Shown here: positions 1 through 13,275 of the stretch, in pieces
Numbering within the stretch: position 1 is the first letter of the stretch
How the letters are laid out: each line of letters begins with the position of its first letter
NCBI GenBank assembly: GCA_951406725.2
Contig: OX597814.1
Coordinates: forward strand, 90,768,001-90,832,000
Direction: 5' to 3'
DNA length: 64,000 nucleotides
Source: Octopus vulgaris
Taxonomy: Eukaryota
Program-made: the position numbers and the translations under genes
The notes under the pieces: generated by a model
Databases searched by the model: none
What the model saw: only the letters and a program-made list of their open reading frames with translations
What the model was told of the DNA's origin: nothing

Positions 1-1390
1 ATTTCTTTGCAAAACTGTAGAAACATTTTGGATTTTTCTTGATGTTTTCTATGGCTCTCTTTTCTGCATTGTTACGTTATTCATCATAGTGTTGTTTTAG
101 ATTGTCTTCTAATCTGTATATTTGGTTAATGACTTTCTGTAATACATGTTTTGATGTCAGCTTAGATGTTTTGTTTCTTAGTCTTGAGCTTTTGCGCATC
201 AGGATCTTTCGCTCCCGTGGTACAGGTTTTTTTGTGGATTTGGTTTTCTTAAGAGGAATATTTTTTGCACATATTTCTTCGATCTTGTTTAAGAATTTCT
301 TGTGTTTATCTGGCCCAGTAAGGTAGAGATCCCAGTCAATGATTTGTTACTGGTTGTTAATAGTTTCCCAATTTGCCTTGTGATAATCATACCTGCATAG
401 CTTTGGCATGTCCTTTTGTTTAAGAGTTGTGGCATTGGGCTCATTACCAATGTGTAAATGCATTTCAATAATATTGTGGTCTGAAAGGATTGTTGGGGTT
501 GAGTGAAGGTCAAATAGCGTGTCCTCGTTGTTGGTGAAAACTAAGTCGATCGTATTATTATTTCTTGTTGCTTCTGTCATCATTTGTTTGAGGTATAATT
601 TCTCTGTGATTTCCAACAGTTTGGCTGCTTGTATTTGTTCAGCTTTTGTCCCCAGTTTTAGTATGTGTCCATGTGGCCACATGATGTTAGGGAAGTTGAA
701 GTCACCAAGGAGGATAATGTCTGGCATTGGACTCGCCATGTTTCCCAGAACTTGTTGGAGCTTTGTCAGTGGCTCAGTGAAGGATAATGTTGGGCTGTTT
801 GGCGGTCTGTACATTATTGTTACAACTGTATTAAGTTGGATGATTTTTATGCACAGCAGGTTGCAGTAGGCATTTGATTCATTGACAAGTTCTATGCATG
901 CATAGGTATCATGGATATACATGATAACGCCCCCATGGGATCTGCCTTTTCTATCACATCTGAAGATGTTGAATCCATTGATTGTGATTTCGCTGTTGCG
1001 GATGTTTTCGTTGAGATGACTTTCAGTAATTCCAATTATTTTGGAGTTGTTTTCTGTTGCTAATTCTTCCAAGAAAGGAACTTTACACTGTTTTGCTGTT
1101 ATTATGCTTGTTGTACCGGATACATCTGCCCTATTGTTGGCAAGACTGTTGTAGTTGCTGGGACTGTGCTGACTGGATATTCAGTCTGCTGGGCTGTCTG
1201 TATTTGTTGTATGTGCCCTGTAAGTCCAGGTGTAAGCCAGGTGTCAGCCAGGTGTCAGATCTTGAAAGAATTTTCAGAAGCCCCTGTGTAAATTCTATAC
1301 TCGTGTCAGCCTTCTATTTGCATTTTGGCTCTAAACACAATTTGTTTCTCCAGACATTTTCCTACCAATTGCAATTCTTAGGAAAAGAAT
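1..1390 (-). mobile_element. Non-LTR retrotransposon fragment (CR1/L2-group-like): probable ORF1 tail plus ORF2 apurinic endonuclease, frameshifted, running off the window edge
   Basis: ORF 347..1072(-) has APE motifs GITESHL, RCDR..GGV, MYRPP, LLGDFN, TRNNNTIDLVFT and SDHN. Downstream linker-like sequence continues in another frame toward position 1. Boundaries are approximate. Confidence 0.85.
347..1072 (-). pseudogene. LINE endonuclease (EEP/APE domain), N-terminally disrupted
   Basis: Conserved APE catalytic motifs are present; the usual N-terminal strand and a true start are missing, and the frame ends prematurely at 347. Confidence 0.85.
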
Positions 1391-1392
1391 TT

Positions 1393-1900
1393 ACTTATTG
1401 TTGTGTTGGTTAATGAAAGAGGCGAAGTTTTTGCAACAAGTATAGCTGATCTTATAGCAACAAGTATAACGTTCTTCTATTAAATATTATATAACACTTA
1501 TGGTTAGGTTGAAAATGTCTAGAAACTAATTTTAAGAATTCTCTACCTATATTTGTTTTTACGGCCATATTAAAAGCTGGGTTTAATCACAAAACCCTCC
1601 TAGTCCTAGCTCTTCGTGTTGCATTACTGGTAGCATTAAGTTAGTTATACTGTATTTTCTCAGAGAATCCACTATTCCTTAATGCCTTCTTCTAATAAGA
1701 TGCAGCATTTTGAAATGCTGCCTCGTCCGAAGAAATTGACGATATTCGTCGACGTACATTACTGACTAAGTTTCTAAGAATAACTGGCGGATGATTGGAT
1801 TCTTTGTTAATATAAGGTAGCTTATCATAAGACTTACGGTAAGGTTTGAATTTATCTGACAGTAAATCTAAATTTATATCTAAGAAATCTACAGAGACAG
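1393..1900 (-). mobile_element. Penelope-like element reverse transcriptase C-terminal fragment (decayed)
   Basis: Translation gives VDFLDINLDL..KPYRK..YINKESNHPPVILRNL..RRISSISSDE, then after stops LNPAFNMAVKTNIGREFLKLVSRHF..IFNRRT..SYTC..FINQHNNK. These are typical PLE RT thumb/linker motifs. Confidence 0.8.
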
Positions 1901-2004
1901 GCAGAAACAAGGAAAAGACCACTTGTATTTGAACACTATACAAATAATATTAAAAAAAAACTTTTCTTTTAATTTTTCCAAAATTTAATTGTTTTCCATA
2001 CTTA

Positions 2005-2040
2005 CAGTTGAAAAAGTGTCAATGACTGAAACCGGTACTG
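2005..2040 (+). ncRNA. Decayed type I hammerhead ribozyme (PLE terminus, inverted relative to the adjacent RT fragment)
   Basis: cag-TTGAAAA-agt gtcaatg act-GAAA-ccgg-TA-ctg. Topology is correct with a palindromic stem III, but the CUGANGA box has two substitutions. Confidence 0.5.
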
Positions 2041-2090
2041 AATTTTTTTTTTTATAAAATTATGTTAGCATTTTCTATCTTGACATTTTC

Positions 2091-2188
<98 letters not shown>

Positions 2189-2671
2189 TTCGTCAGCGGA
2201 TCATATATCCGAAAGAGAAGCACACGCTAAAGAATAGGGCAGTAATGTATTTACAAGCAGTTAAGAATATAGCTGGTCATAGGTTGACCAATGAATGGTT
2301 TCTCATCCATCAAGCGCTCGGCCTTACCGATAACCCATCACATTCCTCTTCAAAATGGAAATAGATAACATTTACGGTTAGTTAATATGTAAACAAACGT
2401 TAAAACACCGTTTGCTGCATGATCGAGTTTACTCCCTTAGACCAGTTCAGACGGCAAATTTTATGGGCTTAATTGGCGAAAGCCGAGAAAAAGGAATCTC
2501 TGCTTCTAGGCTGTTTCCACTCTGTGGGGACTTTTTTTCAGCACTTGTCGGCAAGTGGGGAATACCATTATTCCTTCATGTATATTTCATTGACAGTTTT
2601 TCCTTTGTTCTGCTACGGTCAAACCAATATGGAACGTATAATAAAAATGCTAATACGAGATATAAATAAAT

Positions 2672-2906
2672 TTGAAGGCAGCGAGCTGGCAGAAACGTTA
2701 GCACGCCGGGCGAAATGCGTAGCCGTATTTCGTCTGCCGTTAAGTTCTGAGTTCAAATTCCGCCGTGGTCGATTTTGCCTTTCTTCCTTTCGGGGTCGAT
2801 AAATTAAGTACCAGTCACGCTCTGGGATCGATATAATCGACTTAATCCGTCTGTCTGTCCTTATTTGTCCCCTCTATGTTTAGCCCCTTGTGGGTAGTAA
2901 AGAAAT
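2672..2906 (+). mobile_element. tRNA-derived SINE with 14-bp TSD
   Basis: TSD agatataaataaat at 2658-2671 and 2907-2920. A/B-box-like head (gagctggcagaa...gagttcaaattcc) and central cctttcggggtcgataaa..agtaccag motif. Homologous to 5939-6146 and 6190-6390. Confidence 0.85.
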
Positions 2907-3186
2907 AGATATAAATAAATCAAGCCATGTCTGTGCCAGAAGCCTTCTAAAGGGTTAAAAATATTACACCGAACCAATCAACCCCTCCAGAAAACGAATG
3001 CCTTTAATCCAAACGAAATTGTAGCAGTCAGATCTGTTTCATTTCTGTTTTGAGTGAGGTTCATTTAGATAAAATGGTGAAAGTCACTCATTCCGGTTCT
3101 CATTCATTTATTCAAAGTATGTGAACTATTGCCAGTTAAAGAAATTGACATGTAAAGATTTCGCGTTATAATCACTGTAGCTAGCT

Positions 3187-3521
3187 GTGGAGACGCAATG
3201 GACCAGTGGTTAGGGCAGCGGACACGCGTTGTGAGTGTTTATTGAGCGAAAACACCTAGACCTCCACGAAGCTCCGGCAGAGGATGGTGGAGATCCCTGC
3301 TGTACTCTTTCTCTCACTCTTACTTCCTGTTTCTGTTGTAACTGTATTTCAAAGGGCCGGCCTTGTCACTCTCTTTGTCACGCTGAATATCCCTGAGAAC
3401 TACGTTAAGGGTTCACGTGTCTGTGGAGTTCTCAGCAACTTACACGTTAATTTCACGAGCAGGCTGTTCCGTTAATTCGGATCAACCGGAACCCTCGTCG
3501 TCGTAACCGACGGAGTGCTTC
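3187..3521 (+). mobile_element. SINE (second family) with 14-bp TSD
   Basis: TSD cactgtagctagct at 3173-3186 and 3522-3535. tRNA-like head (tggaccagtggttagggcagcgg). Its 3' end recurs inverted at about 37204-37260. Confidence 0.85.
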
Positions 3522-3789
3522 CACTGTAGCTAGCTACTATCTAAGGTAGATGTTCAAATCATTTATAGTGAGAATGTCTGCCTTATACAAATACGTATAC
3601 TCGTATATTCGTATTTTGGTTACTACGACTGACGTCATCACACAATATAGATCTTTAACAATGCGACACACTTTGAATCAATTGCATTCATATTTGTGGG
3701 TGGGGGAGATGAGAATAATGTATTATTATCAACTGACAATACATGTAATGCATACACATACGACAATGTTTGACATAATCATAGCTCAC

Positions 3790-4209
3790 TTTCAGTGATA
3801 ATATATTTCTTGAGGTCTGCGCAAATTGTAAAGAATAAAACTAGCTAATTTATTATATTAGTACAATTTATTGAACTGTATTTTCTGCCTGAGGTTTTCT
3901 ACGTTAGTTTGTATTACGCTTGTACATGAGAGAAAAAAAAAAAGATAATTATTAACCTGAAGTTATATCTTCATATAGGCAGAAAAGTTAAACAAAAATC
4001 CCTTCTGTATATTTAACAATAGTTCAAATGAAATATTTAGTTACTGTACTGCTTGCGTTTTAAATATGATATTATGTTATATATATATATATTATGTTAT
4101 AAATAAATATATATATTATGTTATATATACATATATAGAGATAGATAGATAGATATATTCATACATACATACATACATACATACATACATACATACATAC
4201 ATACATACA

Positions 4210-4241
<32 letters not shown>

Positions 4242-4746
4242 CTGACTTGTTTAGCAAGTGTATGTTTGGTGTAATTGAGACCTCCCTCATACAATCACGA
4301 TTGCGCTGACCAGAATGGGTGACGAAGGAATACCCAATGTCCTCATGTACAACGAGCTTGAGAACGGGGACAGGAATGTCGGTCGACCATGGCTTAGATA
4401 CAAGGACAAGCTGAAGAGTAACCTCATAGAGACGAAGATAGCTCACAACACCTTTGAGCGAACTACATTGATACAAACAAAATGGAGATCGTTGTGTCAA
4501 AACGGTATTAACTGGCTTCGGGGTCTAAGGCAAAGGAGAAAATCGGCTGCAAAGATACCACGTGCACTGACCTGTAGTTCTCAAACTTGCAACATGTGTG
4601 GCCTTCTTTGCAAATCGTTGGCAGGACTGAAATGACATATTTCACATAAGCATTATAACTGACAAAGAAAGAGTACTAATATCATAAATTAGCTAGTTTT
4701 ATTTTTTACAATTTGCGCAAACCTCAAGAAATATATTATCACTGAA
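3790..4746. repeat. ~75-bp inverted repeat pair (3790-3864 / 4672-4746)
   Basis: tttcagtgataatatatttcttgagg..gcgcaaattgtaaa..aaaactagctaattt and its reverse complement, with about 3 mismatches. Confidence 0.8.
4250..4655 (+). mobile_element. RTE-clade LINE 3' fragment
   Basis: RMGDEGIPNVLMYNELENGDRNVGRPWLRYKDKLKSNL..WRSLC..CNMCGLLCKSLAGLK*H matches the RTE C-terminus with a terminal C2H2-like finger. Confidence 0.8.
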
Positions 4747-4774
4747 ATCAACGGGAGATTCCATCGTATATATA

Positions 4775-4833
<59 letters not shown>

Positions 4834-5938
4834 GTATATATATACATATATATATGCATATATATATATACATATATATACGCACACATATATATATATA
4901 TGTATATGTATGTATGTGTATATGTTTGTGTTTCTGTGTTTGTACCCCAACAGCGCTTGACAAACGATGGTTATGTGTTTACGTCCCGGTAACTTAGCAG
5001 TCCGGAAAATGTGACCGATGTGATAAGTAGTAGGCTTACAAAGAACAAGTAAAAGAATAAAAGAATACAGAAAGTAAATATCATTTACCTATGAAGTACA
5101 TATATAAACTAAACTCTTTCAATTGGCAGAATTCCTGTTTTTTTTTTTACAAAAACGCTATATATAAATACTGCACCAGGGGCAGAATGAAGATGCAGAT
5201 GAAGATTTTAAATTTTCAGAAGTGTCGCAAGCATCTATTATATTTTGTACTATATGCTCTGTAATATAAATGTGCCAACGAAAAGTATATCTGAAGTCAT
5301 ATGCCATATACGAATGAAAAGAGCAATGAGAAATTTGATTTGCTTCCTTAATAGTCAAGACGGCCACCTTAAATTATTTTGTACCGCAATTAAAAGAGGT
5401 AAATTGACAGGTAGTTTAAAATTAAGTCAATGTAACTCAATTATATTTTATAATTAATTCCATTTAATTAAATTGCTGTGAATGGAAATCTAGTTTTAAT
5501 TGGGATAATAAGGGAATTTAGAAACGCTTGGACGCGCGTATCTCTAATGATTTAGATTTAGATTTGATAGAACGTATTTATTAATGCATCATCAGGCTTA
5601 AGAGATGAAATGCGGAAGTGAATTTAATTGCTTTGTTTAGAGGTGTTTTGAAATTGAAAGCACCGTCTAAATTCGTGACGTGACCATACGGCATATGCGA
5701 AGATTCTGTCAGCGAAAATAAATTGAATTAAAGAAATTTTATGAAGTGTCGATTGGGTACAGAATATACAAGAAAATATTAAAAGCAATGCTATTATACA
5801 AAATAGTTAGAATAGGAACACACCTTCAGTTCTTTAACATCATGCAACGAAATTTGGGAGTTTCAAAATTCAATTATTCATTGTTAGAGAATCAAAAACT
5901 GACTTTGTGAAGGAAAGAGAAACAAAGTGAATAGGTAA

Positions 5939-6146
5939 GATTGATTTCAAATTATGGCAAAACCAGCAATTTTGGGGAGGGTCTAAATCGATTACATCGA
6001 CCAAGTGTTTAACTAGTCCTAATTTTACCAACCCCTAAAGGATGAAACACAAAGACGTCCTTCGGGGAATTTGAACTCAGACCGTGAAGACAGATGAAAT
6101 GCTGCTAAGCATTTATCCCGTCGCGTTAACAATTCTGACAGCCTTT
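5939..6146 (-). mobile_element. SINE related to 2672-2906, with 11-bp TSD
   Basis: Reverse-complement similarity (ggaatttgaactcaga, aaaggatgaaa). TSD tgaataggtaa at 5928-5938 and 6147-6157. Confidence 0.75.
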
Positions 6147-6189
6147 TGAATAGGTAATATTAGTGTAGGTAATATTTAGTTAAGGTGTA

Positions 6190-6390
6190 AGTCGACGAGC
6201 TGACAGAATAGTGAGCACGTCAGACATAATGTTTAATGGCACATCGTCCGTGTTTACTTCCGCCGTGGTACATTTTATCTGTCGTCCTTTCCAGGTCAAT
6301 AAAATAAGAACCAGTTGAACTCAGGTGTCAATTTAATCAACGTACCCGTTCCCACGAACTTGCTGGCCATGTTCCAAAATTTGTGACAAA
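6190..6390 (+). mobile_element. Degenerate SINE of the same family
   Basis: gagctgacagaatagtgagcacg..ttccgccgtgg..gtcaataaaataagaaccagttg aligns to 2672-2830. Confidence 0.65.
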
Positions 6391-7799
6391 TATTTAGATC
6401 ATACTTCAAAGATTTCACCGTAATGTTGAGATCTTTAATAACTGTTCTGCCTCATTCGAGCCTACAACTTCTCATACAGACTGTGTGTATATAGGTAACG
6501 TTGATACTGGTGGTTGCATTGCTCTTGTAGACTCTTGGCTCTCATCTAGAATTGTTTTTGTCCTCCAATTTACCAGCGTATGAAGCCAGTAACTACACAA
6601 GCGTTACTCTTCTGTTTTCAGTCTTATCTAACACTGACCCAAAGGCTTCTTTATATGAATCTTATAGCACTCTTTGGTTTCTGAGATAACAACCACTCAT
6701 GGTGAAACAGATCCTATGCATCTTTTGCTAGGCAGCCGACATGGCAAACTCTTATCACGTGCCAAATATGTGGTCACTATAAATTCTGATTATGGAAATA
6801 TTTATCTAGCGCAGCTTTGTACAATTTGAACCAATCGTACCAAATCTATCATCATTTAAAGGTAAGCGTGAGTATAATATAAATGATGTCAATGTAATAT
6901 GCATGCGCATTATAGTTGTTTCGTTGCTGGAGACTATTATTGGATCGCTTTCGTTAGCAAAAGGACTGAACCTTTATCGCAATGCTATTCATCTATAATA
7001 TATGATAAGCTTACTTGCATTAACACAACATAACTGAGATATGCAAAATACGCTGGAGATTTTCACCTAAGTAAATTGTGAGCTTTCATTCAGAGATACA
7101 AAATAATACCAGATCTGTGGCCCTTCGAACGCCAAACAAAGGAGCAGCTCACCTAGAATTGCTCTAATATTTTAATAAAAGTGCAGGTCACTCAACATTC
7201 ATAGATATTAAAAAGTGTAAGGACATAGAGGACTTGACATTCATAGTTTCTGAATGTTCTTATTCTGAAAATTACTGTTATAAAATATATAAAATATAAC
7301 GCCTGTTTAATGGGGGATGGTATGACACAAACTGATGTCAAGGATGCAAAGAAAATTTAGTACATCATGAAGAATGATGGGAACAGTACCATTAAAGTCA
7401 TTAAAGAGGGTTTTAATATTCAACACAAACAGAATGCGATACCAATAAATGGCTACACAGTAATTAACATCGACTTATAAATGATAAGACATATTAATGA
7501 TAAGAGTCTATATTTCAGATATACTTTTCGTGATATCATCTTTTACATATGCTGTAGTCCGTTTCGATTTCATCCCAAACCTTTACCAATTCTACTTACT
7601 TTTATCGGAACTACACAAATCTTAAGACGATCGATTTGTTTTGCATGACATAAGTAAATTGTGCATGGTGTTTGAAATATCAGGAAACATATTTCTGGGG
7701 CCTGTTTTCACAAACAGAGTAGAAGTGACATTTGTCCACATTTGCTCCGAGCGTGCAGTCTTAGCTATGTTTTTTTTTACTCAGAATGGAGAGCCCTGA

Positions 7800-8747
7800 A
7801 ATTCATCTAAGCTCTGGACTTCCTGCATCTATCACCACTGAGGAAGACATTAACCGTTTTCACTATATGTTGATGGACAAGAGACGATTGGAAATAAATC
7901 AAATAGCCTATGCTGTTAGCGTATCCCGTTAGAGAGTTGGAAGTATTTTGCACAATGATCTTGGTATGACGAAGATTTCTTCCGATCGGTGGGTTCCATG
8001 TCTTCTGACACTTGATCAAAAGCGTACCAGGCTTATCGTACCACAAGAAAATCTGACATTGCCAGAGGCAGGTCCATCTCGTTTCCTTGAGCGTTTACTA
8101 ACCCGGAATGATTATTGGGTTCAACATTTTGAGCCAGAGACAACAAGACAATCCATACGTGGACACAACACTTGTCGCCTGCCCAAAAGAAGGCCAAGAT
8201 CGTCTCTTCCGCAGGGAAGGTGAAAGCCTCAATTTTGAGGATGCAAAATGCATTGTATTTATTGACTATCTTAAAACTGGTCACGCCATTAATGGAAAGT
8301 ATTATGTCCGCGTGTCCTGGAAGTTACGAAAGGCTATCAATACCAAATGGCTAGGTAAACTGACGAAAGTGTTCTTCATTTATCAGGGTAATGCTCCTGT
8401 ACACAAGTTGTTGGTTTCAGTGGCTGCTGTGAGTGAATGTTGCTTTAAATTGTTTGGTCATTCGCTCTATTCTCCTGATTTGGTTCCATCAGATTATCAC
8501 CTGTATTCCAACAGGATGAACACTTGGCTAGAAGCAATATCGCGGAGATGATGTCATATCTGCTGTTCATGACCCTGCTGATCAACAAAGTGAGAGCTTC
8601 TTCACCAATGGGATCCAGGCACTACAAAACCGACGAGAAACATATGTGGCCCGCAAGGTGTGGTGGCAATGCTGGAAAAATACCGCATCTGGACACATTC
8701 CATGAGAGTGTCTTGGTTAGTCTAGGAACTGTTCAAATGACCATCGG
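7800..8747 (+). mobile_element. Tc1/mariner transposon relic (transposase pseudogene)
   Basis: SGLP..TEEDI, RWVPCLLT, WVQHFEPET, FIDYL, QGNAPVH and YSPDLVPSDYHL spread across frames with stops and frameshifts; TIR-like end near 8747. Confidence 0.85.
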
Positions 8748-9335
8748 ATTTGCATGTAAGTGCATATCTTTATATCCATGCATCTATATATCTGTATATC
8801 TATCTGTTTGTCTGTCTACCTGTCTGTCTGTCTATGTATATCTCTCTATACATATATGAACAAATACCCATAGTGCCCCAAAATAATATTTAGGGATTCT
8901 TAGGGTCATACTCCTTTAACTGGTAATTAACATTGTGATTTAAAGTATTCCCTTACCCAGCCTCTATTTATAGACAGTTACTTTATATCCAATGGACTAC
9001 TCCTAATGTCTTCTTTCCTTCCTGAGGAAAAGGGTTATGGCAATATTTATGACCATACTTTGCCATGAGCTGTCAACACACTCTTGTCCTTTATTCAAAA
9101 TATACACAGTATTCTAGTCTTAGATTTTGTAGTTGATAAAGAGAGAAATGAATTAGAAATGAATTTCTATACCTTTCAACACATTGACCCGATAGGCTTC
9201 ATGCGATTCTTGGAAGTGTAGTTTATTCTTGGCTACAATAGCGACAGCATGAATTTCTTCCATCTTGGTCTGCTAAAATATTTGAGAAAAATTATATTAA
9301 TATGTCCGAAAGGTTAAAATTCTATTTATTTACTT

Positions 9336-9414
9336 GTGCAGCTGAAGATGGCACTGCATTTAAAATGATGCATTGTTCAATTAAATGGAGCCGCTTGAAA
9401 CGGTCGTACTACAT
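9336..9414 (+). ncRNA. Type I hammerhead ribozyme-like motif (partly decayed)
   Basis: gtgcag-CTGAAGA(9342-9348)-long stem II-GAAA(9397-9400)-cggtcg-TA-ctacat. Core is intact, stems I and II are imperfect; followed by (TA)n. Confidence 0.55.
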
Positions 9415-9443
9415 AACTACTTGATATCCTCTTGCTTATTTTG

Positions 9444-9495
<52 letters not shown>

Positions 9496-9527
9496 CGGAG
9501 AAGACAGAATGTATATATATGTATGTG

Positions 9528-9566
<39 letters not shown>

Positions 9567-9575
9567 ATAAATATA

Positions 9576-9618
<43 letters not shown>

Positions 9619-9630
9619 ATAAATATATGA

Positions 9631-9670
<40 letters not shown>

Positions 9671-9682
9671 ATAAATATATGA

Positions 9683-9728
<46 letters not shown>

Positions 9729-11467
9729 AACTCTCTCATCGGTTTCAAGGCATGAGGATATGATAACTTACTCTTTCTTTGTCAGTCACAATGCTTATGT
9801 CGAATGTGACGTTTAAATTCTGCCCACGATGTGCAAAGATGCCCACAGATGTTTCAAGTTTGAGGATTGCAAGTCAGTGCAGGTGGTCTGTTTGCAGCTG
9901 CTTTTCTCCTTTGTCTTGCACACCTAAGCCTGTTCATGCTGGTTGCAACAAAGTTTTTTTTATACCATTATGACACATATATGCGTATATTTGTTTTACA
10001 ATCCGCTTTTGTACATATTTCACCTTCGGAGAATCAGGCGTACTATCCAACATAAATTAAGGTACCATATTCCGACATTAAAAACGTAAGAGTACATAAA
10101 GCTACGCAGAATTTGCTTTAGATTATGACGTAGAAAGAGAGTGTCCTCAGGTTGAAGTAATCGTAGGAATCGCATTATTGCATTTTGACTCCTTCATTAC
10201 GATCGCTGCAATGAAATTATAAAAAGTATACTTAGTATATAAACTCATATTTTCCAAAAATATCTTGCTTCACGATGTATCATGAATATAAGAATATATT
10301 AGATATATAAAAATATATTAGGTATATATTATAAAGTCGTAATATAACAAAATACAAATTATGATAAAAATATAACTATCGTTGAAAGAGTAATATAAAA
10401 TTTAATGTAAAATTATGGAATATGGAAACAGAAAGTTCTAGATATAAAGTATAATGAAATATACAAATAACGGTAAAAGTAAAAAGTAAGGATAAACCAT
10501 TATTTAAAAAATATAGTCTGTCATTTACCAAGAAATAAAAAAAAAGGAAAATCTGAAAGCAAATGAAAGAAGCACAATCCAAAATGTCACGAGTTAAAAA
10601 TTTTAGATAATTGATATAAAGAAAAATGAATATCATGAAATAAAAAAATATATATTTCCTTCAGATTGTAAATATGTATGTTACTGTGTGTGTGGGTATG
10701 TATACTGTAAATAGGTTTTTGTGACAGTGTACATATATTTCAAAAGACGTTTGTATGATTTAGACTTTATAATGTCATCTACAGGGCCAATTGTTTGCCC
10801 TAATTGCTTCAGATCAGCTACAACATAACTCATCCTAAATTTATCGCTAGTATATCTTAATAATGTTCATTGTCTTTTACTCTTTGTGATATACACTTAG
10901 ATCGAGGTGTCTTATCCTGTCAACAACACTAATATTTTCAAGATTATTTTGCGTTTCTACTTTTTTTGATATTTATATTTGTTCATTCTTTATATTGTTT
11001 TAATTTTCATTCTCCTTTCCGAATTCTATTTTATTATTGATTGAGGATTAATCTTGGAACAATTTGCTACTCCTCAATTCCTTGGTTTCTCTTTATATAT
11101 TTCTTTTATATTTTATTCTAGAATCATATTTCGTTATGTCTGTGTCTTATAATTCACCATTTATCTTTCCAGTATTTATTTATAGGTTATTTGCTCATCT
11201 TTCTTTTTTTGTCATATTTTAGAATTGCTTCAATTTGGGTTTTGTTTCTATTTTTTAGTATGAAAGGCAATATAATTTGCCTACTGTTATATCTAGGACA
11301 TTCGTATAAAAACAATCTTTTTATGAAAATTGTTTTGCAAAAAAATAAGGTTTAAATAAGGTGAATGAACCAGTCACAAGGAAACAGTAACGAATATCAA
11401 AAACTTGTTTACTGCTATTCGATAAAATTATTGTGCTATGTATGTATGTATTTATATATGTATATAT

Positions 11468-12010
11468 GTCAGGTTACTTTCGAGTTCTACTGGTAACATG
11501 TAACCCGGTACAACCTGTTGCATTGTCGGGTCGTCGGCGACTAAACCGGAAACCCCACCAAGCTTGCTTGGTGAGGAGGATGTTTATTGGACACCCTGCG
11601 GGATGAAAAAAAACCCATCAAAGGGCGGAGGACCTCTTGAGAATCAACGGCCATCCAATAAATGTTAGCACGGGTACGCAGAAATTCCGGGATGGTGTCC
11701 GTCGTGCTGTAAGACCACTGGGAGTGAGGGTCCCCTCAGCATTTGTTAAAGCATGTCTCTAGGAGAAAGTCACTCTGATATAAAACCAGATATGCAGGGA
11801 AAGCCATTGGACATTTTGGGGATCTTTGGTTTGTGCTAGTGATCACGGTGCTCCCACATCGCTGAGCCTGCGACTCATATTGGCACCAGACATCTTGCTC
11901 CGGCTTGTCTCTGGATAATTTCAATAACGTGGAGAGGGTCTATGAGGTGTGTGCAAGCCTTATTGGACCTAAAACTCTGCACAGGCATTGCCGACCTCTG
12001 CCCGATATGT
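11468..12010 (+). mobile_element. Non-coding interspersed retroelement (variant copy of the family at 27675 and 51835)
   Basis: The first ~200 bp align to 27675-27875; the later body differs but shares tgcacaggcattgc. Preceded by TATG-type repeats. Confidence 0.7.
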
Positions 12011-12027
12011 GCATTTTTTAAACTCTA

Positions 12028-12115
12028 TATATATTTATCTTATTTTTAGTATATATTTATCTTATTTTTAGTATATATTTATCTTATTTTTAGTATATAT
12101 TTTCTTCATTTTTAG
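12028..12115 (+). repeat. 22-bp minisatellite, about 4 copies
   Basis: Unit tatatatttatcttatttttag. Confidence 0.9.
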
Positions 12116-12129
12116 TATATATTTTTTTT

Positions 12130-13275
12130 ATTCGGAAGTCCTGCAGCGACGGCGGTGAAGCATGCAGACCTGACGGGTTGGAAGCATGTAGTCAGCAACC
12201 TGCACGTAGGCGGCCCATGCTAGATATAAAGTCGTCTCCTTATCGCCCAAGACAGCGGTAGGATTCGGTTGCTGCATAGGTGTCTGAGCCGCTGCATTTA
12301 GAGAGGGCACTGCTCACCCGGAGACCGGGGAGGTTCTAGAAAATGTGAACCAAAAATTGCCTGCCATTCCATATCTGGTCAGTCTAGCGCGACTGACGGA
12401 TGTCTACCCTGCGCTCAAAAAACAAAGAGTCTTTTATCTATAAAATCTGGACGGAACTTAAACATTTCATGTTGGAATGTGCGCTCTCTGTTGGACAACA
12501 AGTGTGATTGCAGGCCTGAAAAACGCACTGCATTTGTTGCTCGTGAGTTGAACCGTTATATAATTGATATAGCTGCACTCTCAGAGACTCGTATGGAAGG
12601 TGATGGTCAGCTTGAGTAAGTAGGAGGTGGATACACCTTTTTTTAGAAAGGAAGGCAGAAGGAGGAGCGCAGAGAGGCTGGTGTTGGTTTTGCAGTCCGA
12701 TTTGATATCCTTAAGAAGTTGGAAGAGTTCCCTTTTCCTATAAATGAACGTATAATGACGCTACGGTTGCACTTGAAAGGTAAGCGGTTTGTTACCCTAA
12801 TAAGTGTCTACTCACCTACTTTGACTAGAAAAATCCCCAATTATGATAAAGTCATTCTACTGGGGGATTTTAATGCCAGGGTTGGAACAGACTGGCAAAC
12901 ATGGAACTCTCTAGGACGTTTTGGAGTAGGGAAAATGAATAACAATGGTCTCATGCTACTGGAGCTTTGCGAAGATAATGGACTTTACATTGCAAGCACT
13001 CATTTTGTGCACAAAGGTGATGCATCCACATGGATGCATCTAAAGTCCAAAGTTTGGCACTTTCGAGACCAGGTTGTTCAATGTGCAGCCGAAACACTGG
13101 AGTATGTTACTGCCAGACACAGACTGGATTGATAAGAATGATGCTGAAATTCAACGACTATTAGTGGTAAAGCGCCATGCCCACAGTGTGTTGTTGCACA
13201 GAGAAATGTCTACTGTGCAGCGAGGTCTAGCACTTGCCCACTATAACAGTGTAAAATCACTACTACAGCGATACA
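12130..13275 (+). mobile_element. RTE-clade LINE 5' part (5' UTR plus endonuclease pseudogene, internally deleted)
   Basis: From about 12455: LNISCWNVRSLLD..RPEKRTAFVARELNRYNIDIAALSETR..GYTFF..EAGVGFAVR, INERIMTLRL, SVYSPT, LLGDFNARVG, GKMNNNGLMLLELC. Confidence 0.85.

Noticed and set aside
2672-2770. tRNA gene
   Set aside because: The A/B-box-like head belongs to a TSD-flanked SINE; no complete cloverleaf.
6480-7500. Cadherin-like peptide remnant (INSDYGNIYLAQL) near a GTAAGC donor at about 6861
   Set aside because: A single short motif amid stop codons; no DxNDN or LDRE motifs to support it.
12130-12350. HDV-like ribozyme at the RTE 5' end
   Set aside because: Plausible for this clade, but a consistent P1/P2/P3/P1.1 nested pseudoknot could not be assembled by eye.
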